Below are positions 1 through 6,856 of a stretch of DNA of 31,588 nucleotides, in pieces (position 1 is the first letter of the stretch; every line of letters starts with the position of its first letter). The stretch is from a virus, in IMG/VR virus record IMGVR_UViG_3300025597_000036. One strand, given 5' to 3'. The position numbers and the translations under genes were made by a program. The notes under the pieces are model-generated. The model was not told the DNA's origin. It did not search any database and worked only from the letters and a program-made list of their open reading frames with translations.

Positions 1-127
1 GCACCTCCAGAAATGAAACAAATTCCGGCCGCTCTTCTAACATTGCTCGCTCAAGTTTGATTTTGTTGAAGGTCAACAGTTCCGGGTGGCGCTCGATAGC
101 CCAGGCTACCGCCTCGTCGTGGCGGTA
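1..127. repeat. Terminal direct repeat copy 1 (circular-closure overlap)
   Basis: Bases 1-127 match 31462-31588 letter for letter. An ORF reads in frame across the junction. Confidence 0.95.
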
Positions 128-451
128 GCGCATCCGAATTTCTACCGAAACAGAAACCTTGCGATGCGGGTTCTCGCCGGAAAGATCAAGCCTGGTGGCA
201 ATCTCGCAGATCTGCTCGGTCAGATCCTGCACCAGGTCAGCCTTCTCTATCATTTCCGCCAGTGCTGCCACGTGCGCTTTGAAGGTGTCACTCTGCTGCA
301 TCTCGGTGCAGGTCTTGCTTTCAAGTGCGCTCGCCCAGCTGTGCTCAGAACGCGCAACAGCCAGTTCACCCAACAACTTTTCCAGGCGTTCGCGCAACTC
401 GTAAACATTCACTTTCATCGGCGCCAACGGTTCAATCGTTAGAATATTCAT
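1..451 (-). CDS. Wrap-around CDS, 5' part (codons 1-150 of a 177-aa protein). Coiled-coil early protein, weakly Gam/Gp157-like.
   Basis: ATG at 451-449 (MNILTIEPLAPMKVNVYELRERLEKLL...) is open down to base 1. Base 1 is the first base of codon 151, and the frame continues at 31461. The listed plus-strand ORF 86..442 is its antisense shadow. The function call rests only on architecture: N-terminal coiled coil, C-terminal beta-rich part, and position next to the replication module. Confidence 0.6.
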   Translation of the reverse strand, partial: MNILTIEPLAPMKVNVYELRERLEKLLGELAVARSEHSWASALESKTCTEMQQSDTFKAHVAALAEMIEKADLVQDLTEQICEIATRLDLSGENPHRKVSVSVEIRMRYRHDEAVAWAIERHPELLTFNKIKLERAMLEERPEFVSFLEV

Positions 452-641
452 CGCAGATCCTTTCTATGGTTTGACCAGGTTGTGCAGGCTGTTGTTCACC
501 CAGCTCTTCCAGCCAGGTAAACAACTCGTTGATTCCAGCTTTTAGTGCCAGCCGGCGCTCCGGCGGGCAAGGCACGAAAACAACCTGCATTTCTGTTTTT
601 GTGATTCCTCTCATACTCACCTCATCGACCGTGTCTTTCAT
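432..641 (-). CDS. Hypothetical early protein (69 aa)
   Basis: ATG at 641-639 (MKDTVDEVSMRGITK...) has GAGG 9 nt upstream. The listed start at 695 is a GTG inside a perfect 9-bp hairpin and is probably not used. The 3' end overlaps the next gene start by 20 nt. Confidence 0.55.
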   Translation of the reverse strand: MKDTVDEVSMRGITKTEMQVVFVPCPPERRLALKAGINELFTWLEELGEQQPAQPGQTIERICDEYSND

Positions 642-675
642 GGTGGACGGCCTCGACTCGACCGAGGAAGATCCC

Positions 676-701
676 GCACACGTGAGGGGGGACACGTGTG
701 C
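676..701. other. Perfect 9-bp hairpin with G6 (plus) / C6 (minus) loop
   Basis: gcacacgtg-agggggga-cacgtgtgc, flanked by direct gatccc repeats. Confidence 0.8.
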
Positions 702-1291
702 CGATCCCGCCCGAGGTGCCGGTTACGTCATCCGGCGGTTTTCGTTAGGTAGGCTCAACCCGTGAATATAGTTTGCATTCCTATGCAGTTGATCGTCGAA
801 GCCGTCGATCTCCTATTTACCAGTCACGAATCAACTAGAATTTGGTTCCACCAGTCTGGAGCACTTTTCTCACTTCTTACCTGGAGCTCATGACTGGTGC
901 ATCAAACTGGCGGCTCGGCTAACTTCCCTCTCCGGAGAGCTGCTCCTTCACGCCGATATTTCCGCATAAATGCTGGAGACACCACCAGGTCTTGCCTATT
1001 CAGTTGTAAAAGTTCTCCCGGTTACACTATCCGGATTACCGTCTCCACACGTCTCCCGCAAAAATCAGGTGATGGTCGGGTTGTTTGAAGAGCTACGCTC
1101 TACACCTCACGGTAATGCCAACCCTTATCCTCAAAATTGGGTATAGTGGACGCTTCAGGTTCGACCCACGACCAGGCCAGCATGAGGGGGGCATGTCAGT
1201 CTGTCGAGCGCCCAGGGATTGCAACTCGCCGGATCACCGGGTGTTGCTTTACCAGTAAATAAGCCGGTTACTTCACCGGCGAATTGCCTTG
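696..1291 (-). other. ORF-free 0.6-kb segment; candidate structured RNA or regulatory region
   Basis: No ORF of 60 aa or more lies on the gene-bearing minus strand. All three stop codon types are scattered through all three minus frames. The segment holds many local hairpins and mutually exclusive long-range complementarities. It is by far the largest gap in a genome where most genes abut or overlap. Confidence 0.5.
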
Positions 1292-1798
1292 TCATTGTGT
1301 TGCCGCCATCGCGTTCTCGTAAATCGCCTCTTCGCGGATCTTCGTCACGCCGGTCGACTGCAGCAGCACAATCGCGTCATTCACCGCCCGCTGCGCCTCG
1401 AGCAAAAAAGCAGTCCGCTTGAACGGATGCTCCAGGTTCAGCGAGAGATCGCTGATCTCCACCAGCACGTCGTCCATCTTTTCGTACGCACGGAACACGA
1501 AACTCGCTTCTCCATCCAACCGGTCGATTTCCTGCGCCGGGATGCGTGTCACACCTAAAAGCAGTTTGACTTCGTTCACCCCGCGCTGGATTTCAAGCAG
1601 TTTGGGAAGAGCTTCGTCAGGGTCCTTCAGGCATGAAGCTGCCTTTGAGATCAGGCCGGTCAAAACCAGCAGTTGTTCTGCAGCCAGTCGCACAAACTCG
1701 GCTGCTTTGCTGTTTCGCGGGATTTCATTGACCGGAACTAAAGGTTTTGTTGCCATTTCTCCCCGTTTCACTCCCGAATCTTCCCGATAATCGCTCAT
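1292..1798 (-). CDS. Hypothetical early protein (168 aa)
   Basis: Long ORF co-oriented with the early operon. An alternative start is ATG 1756, preceded by GGGGAGA. No motif recognised. Confidence 0.7.
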   Translation of the reverse strand: MSDYREDSGVKRGEMATKPLVPVNEIPRNSKAAEFVRLAAEQLLVLTGLISKAASCLKDPDEALPKLLEIQRGVNEVKLLLGVTRIPAQEIDRLDGEASFVFRAYEKMDDVLVEISDLSLNLEHPFKRTAFLLEAQRAVNDAIVLLQSTGVTKIREEAIYENAMAATQ

Positions 1799-1863
1799 TG
1801 TTCACCAGTGCTCGCCTTTTTGAAATTACAGAATAAAAAAAACGGTAAGGTAATGCTATGAAA

Positions 1864-2073
1864 TCATTTGAAATTCGGATCGGCTCTCAAAATACCATCG
1901 GCGCCCTGAACAGCGACCAGTCGCTTGCCTTCCTTAGCCTTTTCTTCAGCAACCCACTGGCGAATGACACTAACCTTGGACCGCATTTCAGCTTTTGCCT
2001 TGGCAATGATGTATCTTTCAGTTTCAGGATCGACTCTGATGACACCACATAATTTTTGGTTTATTTCGCTCAT
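1864..2073 (-). CDS. Cro-like small DNA-binding protein (possible ribbon-helix-helix)
   Basis: 69-aa ORF, first gene downstream of a consensus promoter and divergent from the repressor gene. The beta-helix-helix-like pattern is GVIRVDPETERYIIAKAKAEMRSKVSVIRQWV. Confidence 0.55.
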   Translation of the reverse strand: MSEINQKLCGVIRVDPETERYIIAKAKAEMRSKVSVIRQWVAEEKAKEGKRLVAVQGADGILRADPNFK

Positions 2074-2086
2074 AATATCTGTAACT

Positions 2087-2141
2087 TTGTGTATATATGT
2101 TTACTTAGTTAACATTATATAACATTGTCAACATTTGTCAA
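2087..2141. promoter_or_regulatory. Operator cluster of the immunity switch
   Basis: AACAT boxes lie in 10-bp phase at 2111, 2121 and 2130 (aacattatat / aacattgtca / acatttgtca). An inverted ATGTT at 2097 gives ATGTT-N9-AACAT. The boxes overlap the -10/-35 of the minus promoter and a weak plus promoter (TTGTGT 2087-2092, 17 nt, TAACAT 2110-2115). Confidence 0.55.
2114..2141 (-). promoter_or_regulatory. Consensus sigma70-type early promoter (PR-like)
   Basis: The minus strand reads TTGACA (2141-2136), 16 nt, TATAAT (2119-2114), about 40 nt upstream of ATG 2073. Confidence 0.65.
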
Positions 2142-2153
2142 TAGGGTATTTCA

Positions 2154-2609
2154 ATGATTAAAAAAATTGAGTATATTAACTTTGTGACTTCAAAGGGAAG
2201 ACTTGCAGATTATTTCGAACGTAATTATCTTGAATACCAGAAAAAACATGGCTTAATGTCTCTGGCATCTTTTTCAAGATTATTAAAATTTTCTAGATCA
2301 TATCTCAGTCAAATTTTGGAAGGTACGCGCACATCGATGAGCTACCATACCGCAAGGTACGTGGCTGATATACTCCAAGACTACGAAATTCTCGAGATTT
2401 TGAACTACGATTTGCCAGCCCCAGAAGAAAGGGCCCCATTTTTCGGGTTTCCACCTGAAATCATCGAAGCATTGAAATCCGCTCGTGATAAAATCTCCAC
2501 CTTAGGAATTGCAGACAATTCACCGGAAGGCAAAGCGATATACAACTCAGCAATAGAAAAAGTGCTGAAAAATCTGACAACTAATACTGAAGAATCGGGC
2601 AGGTCATAA
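2154..2609 (+). CDS. XRE-family HTH repressor (cI-like, no S24 peptidase domain)
   Basis: HTH segment SLASFSRLLKFSRSYLSQILEGTRT. The gene is divergent from the cro-like gene and has no SD before the ATG. The coding sequence is visibly AT-rich. Confidence 0.75.
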   Translation: MIKKIEYINFVTSKGRLADYFERNYLEYQKKHGLMSLASFSRLLKFSRSYLSQILEGTRTSMSYHTARYVADILQDYEILEILNYDLPAPEERAPFFGFPPEIIEALKSARDKISTLGIADNSPEGKAIYNSAIEKVLKNLTTNTEESGRS

Positions 2610-2813
2610 CGTAAAAAATTCATAGTGGTACCCCTTTGTTGCACATAATTACATTATAGATATTTTGTTCTAATAAATCAAGCGGTAAGGGAGGTGAATA
2701 TTCATCAGGTAAGTCCAATCAAAATCCCCATCATCATCTTCACCCGTTTGAAATAATTTTATAAAAAAAAAAAAAATAACAACAAATCATTTCAAACATC
2801 CTCAGGAGGGAAA

Positions 2814-3137
2814 ATGGAAGAAACCTTTGTATGTGCAGTTTGTGGCCAGAAAGAACCCAAAGTAAGACTCACCAGGCTTGGAGACAAACTCTACTGCTCT
2901 GACCACCTTGAACAGGGTCAGCAGGATCTCGCCATCGCAGAACTGGCAAAGAAATTTCCAGACCAGAACACTCTAAATCTCTATCTTTTTGATCATGTTG
3001 AACGACTTCTCACCAACAGTAGAGATCAAACTAAATACCTGAAATCGATCAAATCGATTCTCACCTTCTTCGTCGTGATCACCATTCTTGGTATCATCGT
3101 TTCTCTTCTTGAGTCATGCGCAGGATCCTTATATTAA
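2814..3137 (+). CDS. Zn-ribbon-like, C-terminally membrane-anchored protein
   Basis: Strong SD (AGGAGGGAAAATG). N-terminal CAVCGQ...YCSDH motif. C-terminal hydrophobic helix ILTFFVVITILGIIVSLL. Confidence 0.65.
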   Translation: MEETFVCAVCGQKEPKVRLTRLGDKLYCSDHLEQGQQDLAIAELAKKFPDQNTLNLYLFDHVERLLTNSRDQTKYLKSIKSILTFFVVITILGIIVSLLESCAGSLY

Positions 3138-4132
3138 AAATCAAATCAACCTTTGAGCGCATGCTCTCTGCGCTCCACCTCACCGCATTCCACCCCGCGC
3201 TGGTCGCCCTGATCCTCGCCACACTCCTCATGGTCCCGGTTTGCATGATCATCGCAGTCGTCAGCGGAGCGCGGGTTCTTACCTCGAGCACTGGTGTACC
3301 AGCTCCGGTGCTCGAATCAACGGCCGTGTCCATCTCTGTTTCTACCGAAACACCCTTGCCAACACTCACACCATCATCCATTCCGACCAAAATCTACACC
3401 AACACACCCACGCTCACTTTCACTCCAACAAAAACATTTACTCCCACACTAACCTTCACCCCATCCGCGACACCTACTATCACCCTGCCGGCTGCTCAGG
3501 GTGCCAACTGTGTACCAGATGAAAACGAGCGCGTTGTAGCCCGCGTGGTAAGCGTTACTGACGGTGATACCATCGTCGTGGATATCGGCGGTACCCAGTA
3601 CAAACTGCGTTACATAGGCATCGATGCCCCCGAATCAAGCGCTACAGGTGGAAAACAATCCACCGATTACAACCGCCAGCTCGTGGAAGGAAAAACAGTC
3701 ACCCTGGTCAAAGATCACTCCGAAACTGACCGTTACGACCGATTGCTGAGGTACGTTTTCGTAGGTGACACCTTTGTGAATTACGAAATGGTGCGTGCCG
3801 GCTTTGCCACATCAGGATCATGGCCACCAGACACCGCCTGTGACCAGGTGTTTGCAACTGCAGAACAATCAGCCCGACTGAATCAGCTTGGCTTATGGGT
3901 ACCAACGATCACCCCTGTGCTTTACATTCCCCCAGCTGCCATATCTACCAGCTCAGGCATTATCTCAGGAAGCGGATCGAATTGCGATCCATCCTACCCT
4001 GATGTATGCATTCCACGATACCCGCCTGATCTCGATTGCAGTCAGATCCCATACCGCCGTTTCCGCGTCATTCCGCCAGATCCCCATTCATTTGACCGTG
4101 ATGGTGACGGCATCGGTTGTGAAGGTGGATAA
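3116..4132 (+). CDS. Membrane-anchored extracellular thermonuclease (SNase) with C-terminal Excalibur Ca-binding domain
   Basis: N-terminal TM helix ALVALILATLLMVPVCMIIAVV, then a Thr/Pro linker. SNase signature: VTDGDTIVVD...LRYIGIDAPE...DRYDRLLRYVF...NYEMVRAGFA. Excalibur signature: NCDPSYPDVC...FDRDGDGIGCE. The start is uncertain (ATG 3116 or 3161). Confidence 0.88.
   Translation: MRRILILKIKSTFERMLSALHLTAFHPALVALILATLLMVPVCMIIAVVSGARVLTSSTGVPAPVLESTAVSISVSTETPLPTLTPSSIPTKIYTNTPTLTFTPTKTFTPTLTFTPSATPTITLPAAQGANCVPDENERVVARVVSVTDGDTIVVDIGGTQYKLRYIGIDAPESSATGGKQSTDYNRQLVEGKTVTLVKDHSETDRYDRLLRYVFVGDTFVNYEMVRAGFATSGSWPPDTACDQVFATAEQSARLNQLGLWVPTITPVLYIPPAAISTSSGIISGSGSNCDPSYPDVCIPRYPPDLDCSQIPYRRFRVIPPDPHSFDRDGDGIGCEGG
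3404..3475 (+). repeat. In-frame 18-nt tandem repeats encoding TPTLTF/TPTKTF/TPTLTF/TPSATP
   Basis: Read directly from the codons at 3404-3475 of the nuclease linker. Confidence 0.8.
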
Positions 4133-4133
4133 A

Positions 4134-5786
4134 ATGAATAACTCACAAATCACCTTTCCCCCTGGCTCTTCCGTTGTCGCCTACCTTCGCGATTCAGGCG
4201 GTGATGAGCAAGATCTTTCCGTTGCACAGCAACAAAATGTCGTAGAAAAATGGTGCACCGAACACAATATCACACTGTCACGGGTATTTTCAGACGTTGC
4301 TACTCCAGGCTCTTCCACGATTGGACGTTCTGCATTCAAACAAATGATCTCTCACTTTCATAATGTAAATTGTGCTGACAAGGGCGTGATCATCTGGAAG
4401 TTCTCCCGCTTCTCACGCGATATCGACGATGCCCAGTTCTATCGCGCAGATCTGCGCCGGCGCGGTTATATCGTATATTCCATTCAGGATAACATTCCAG
4501 ATACCACAGACGGCCGAATCTACGAGGCCCTCCTGGATTGGATGAACAACAAGTTCCTCGAGGATCTGTCGGTCGACGTGAAGCGTGGCCTGCACCACAT
4601 CGTCCGTGAATATGGAGCTGTACCAGGTACCCCGCCGAGAGGTTTCAAACGTGAAATTACGACAATCGGCATTCGGCGCGATGGATCACCTCATAAAGTC
4701 TCCCGCTGGGTCCCTGATCCTGAATGGTGGAATATTTGCCGGCGTGCCTGGGAGCTACGCTCAACCGGCGTTCCTATCAGACAAATCCACAAGGAACTAC
4801 ACATATTCGGCTCAATGCAGTCCTACACCACATTTTTCACCAACCGTATTTATCTTGGAGAGCTGCATTACGGAGAAATCACCATTCCAGATTATACCGA
4901 TCCAATGATTACAAAAGAGGAGTGGGATGCTGTTCAATTCCTCAACAGGAAAAATTCAGTGGAGTATGATCCCATGAAACGAAATCAAAACCCTCACCAC
5001 CCCAGGAGGATTTCAAGTTCCTTCCTGCTCAGCGGGTTGATTTACTGTGTCCGCTGTGGTAGTCTGCTGAATGGAGAAGTGCTGCGATTCAAAAACGGAC
5101 AATATCTAATGTACTATCACTGTGGAAATGCGCACCGAAACCTGGACTGCAACGCCAGGCGCATTCCAAAAGCCGCGATCGAAAAAGTTGTTATTGACCG
5201 TCTGAGAGAATACATCCTTGATCCAGCTTTGATTGCCGAGCGCGATCGAGAATATGCCATAGCGCATTCTGGAGAACGCGACAAAATCCACGAGGAACAA
5301 AAAAAAGTAAAATACGAGATCTCAGAATTACAGCGCAAAATGGATAACATCTCCCGCCAGATCGCTGATGACCCTTCCCCTTCGCGTACCTTAATGACCC
5401 TAATAAAAGAACTTGAGCAACAAGAACAAAAGAAAATCGATGAACTCGAACGACTGAGATCAATCGAAAACAGAGAAACTGTGTTTATTGGATCGCCAGC
5501 AAATTATGCCAGATTGTCAGAAAAATTTACAACAGAACTTGTCTCAGGCGATCCTGAGCGTATTAAATTAATCCTGCGAGGATTGATCGATCGAATATCA
5601 GCTGAACGTGATGGTGACTACATCAGAGGAATGATTTACTTCTTCAACCCTGAATTAGGCGAAGATAACTCCACGTCCTCAGATGAATTATATATGTCTA
5701 TGAATCAGAGCCACCGAAGGGGCTCTTCATATACACATATTAATGTTTACAATGTCGATTTTTGCACCACCCTCCCCCACAAATAA
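4134..5786 (+). CDS. int: Large serine recombinase (integrase)
   Basis: SD AAGGTGG precedes ATG 4134. Resolvase-type N-domain VVAYLRDSGGDEQDLSVAQQ...FSRFSRD. Recombinase domain plus Zn-ribbon (CVRCGS...YYHCGNAHRNLDC). C-terminal coiled coil. Confidence 0.9.
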   Translation: MNNSQITFPPGSSVVAYLRDSGGDEQDLSVAQQQNVVEKWCTEHNITLSRVFSDVATPGSSTIGRSAFKQMISHFHNVNCADKGVIIWKFSRFSRDIDDAQFYRADLRRRGYIVYSIQDNIPDTTDGRIYEALLDWMNNKFLEDLSVDVKRGLHHIVREYGAVPGTPPRGFKREITTIGIRRDGSPHKVSRWVPDPEWWNICRRAWELRSTGVPIRQIHKELHIFGSMQSYTTFFTNRIYLGELHYGEITIPDYTDPMITKEEWDAVQFLNRKNSVEYDPMKRNQNPHHPRRISSSFLLSGLIYCVRCGSLLNGEVLRFKNGQYLMYYHCGNAHRNLDCNARRIPKAAIEKVVIDRLREYILDPALIAERDREYAIAHSGERDKIHEEQKKVKYEISELQRKMDNISRQIADDPSPSRTLMTLIKELEQQEQKKIDELERLRSIENRETVFIGSPANYARLSEKFTTELVSGDPERIKLILRGLIDRISAERDGDYIRGMIYFFNPELGEDNSTSSDELYMSMNQSHRRGSSYTHINVYNVDFCTTLPHK

Positions 5787-5792
5787 CCTCAC

Positions 5793-5808
5793 TGTTTCCG
5801 CAGAAACA
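5793..5808. terminator. Hairpin between convergent int and late operon (bidirectional terminator and/or attP core candidate)
   Basis: tgtttc-cgca-gaaaca has a 6-bp stem. It lies 7 nt after the int stop and directly abuts the stop of the 5809 gene. Confidence 0.35.
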
Positions 5809-6087
5809 TTACTTACCCCTCCATGCCGTTACCTTGTTACCGCTATGCGTTCTCCTTTCAACGCGTTCCAGGGTCCCTGCTTGCTCCATCTCAATTAATT
5901 TCTTTCGCGCCGTTTGTGGAGAAACCCCCAGCCTTTTTGCCAGAGCAACAGCTGTCAATTCCTTTCTCTCATCCAGGTACGGTGGAAGGTCATCCACCAT
6001 CAGACTCAATAATTCTTCTAATCCAAAATTCAAATCCGGACAATCGCCGGCTTTGGCATTTGATACAACATTCTCTCTGTTCGCCAT
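5809..6087 (-). CDS. Small winged-helix DNA-binding protein (regulator or RDF candidate)
   Basis: Strong SD (GGAGGATAAAACATG) at ATG 6087. HTH segment LTAVALAKRLGVSPQTARKKLIEMEQAG. The gene overlaps the upstream gene by 58 nt. Confidence 0.6.
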   Translation of the reverse strand: MANRENVVSNAKAGDCPDLNFGLEELLSLMVDDLPPYLDERKELTAVALAKRLGVSPQTARKKLIEMEQAGTLERVERRTHSGNKVTAWRGK

Positions 6088-6848
6088 GTTTTATCCTCCA
6101 CAATAAAAATCACTCCCCCGATGTGTGGCAAGCGCATCCGATCAATCCTCTCAACGTGTGGTGTTCGCAGCTGCCAGCCAGGAGTGACCGTCAACTGAAT
6201 ATCTCGATTCCCTTCTCTTGGAAGTGGAACCGTAATATACCTGTGCCGGTGTGAACGCACAAACACATCCGGCAGCCTTTGCTCCCACTGCACGGATTCC
6301 ACCAGCCCCGCGACCATCTCCCTCATTGGCGCGCTCGTCTCGTAAGCTGCACTAGAAGTCGTACCAATATGATGAGCAAATTGAAACACGACTCCATTCA
6401 CATCAAGCCACAGCTGCCACACTGAATTAGCACCACTTTCGTCTAGCTCACAGCCAATCTGCCTTGCAATTGACTCAGTATTCTGGTCGCTCTTTCCTCC
6501 ATGAGCTTCAGTCCCTCTCACCATAAATGTACGATATTTTCTCGTAATGTCACGCAACATTTCAACTGCTGTTCGCTCTTGCGTTTCAAGATTAGCAACC
6601 AGGTCAACCGCCTGGTGATGATTTCCATCGATCGCGTCCCCGTTGATCACCACCGTCACATCTTTGCACCCCTTTGTTGTTCTAACCACAAAGGTTTTCC
6701 AAAAATGATCCCAGCAATCCACCAGGTACTGCTGGTACTTCGATGGCAGCTGCACCGCCCCATTATCCAGCTTAATCCCCTCACGCGGACACAAACCGGC
6801 GAATGAGCCAATATGCAAGTCAGAAACACAAACCACAGCCCTTTTCAA
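6030..6848 (-). CDS. Calcineurin-like metallophosphoesterase
   Basis: TTG start with SD AGGAGGG. Motifs VCVSDLHIG, VINGDAIDGNHH, GTEAHGG, FAHH, RSHRHR. Confidence 0.78.
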   Translation of the reverse strand: MKRAVVCVSDLHIGSFAGLCPREGIKLDNGAVQLPSKYQQYLVDCWDHFWKTFVVRTTKGCKDVTVVINGDAIDGNHHQAVDLVANLETQERTAVEMLRDITRKYRTFMVRGTEAHGGKSDQNTESIARQIGCELDESGANSVWQLWLDVNGVVFQFAHHIGTTSSAAYETSAPMREMVAGLVESVQWEQRLPDVFVRSHRHRYITVPLPREGNRDIQLTVTPGWQLRTPHVERIDRMRLPHIGGVIFIVEDKTWRTERMLYQMPKPAIVRI

Positions 6849-6856
6849 AAACCCTC

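Noticed and set aside
86-442. 118-aa plus-strand ORF (GTG start) at the left end of the window
   Set aside because: It is the antisense shadow of the minus-strand ORF that starts at ATG 451 and continues in frame across the circular junction. The plus ORF has no SD and a low-complexity, Arg-rich sequence.
1146-1169. tRNA-like GGTTCGA motif (1158-1164) within the ORF-free segment
   Set aside because: The flanking bases do not form a 5-bp T-stem (tcagg against cacga). No acceptor, D or anticodon arms could be built on either strand.
696-1291. Group I/II intron splitting one gene, or a gene hidden by stop-codon reassignment
   Set aside because: The frame upstream of the 432..695 ORF closes after 9 codons (TAA), and the 1292..1798 ORF ends cleanly. 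TAA, TAG and TGA all occur repeatedly in every minus frame. The rest of the genome is read perfectly with the standard code.
2694-2756. Short GTG ORF after AAGGGAGG in the repressor-downstream spacer
   Set aside because: The SD-like run abuts the GTG with no spacer, and the 20-aa product is unremarkable.
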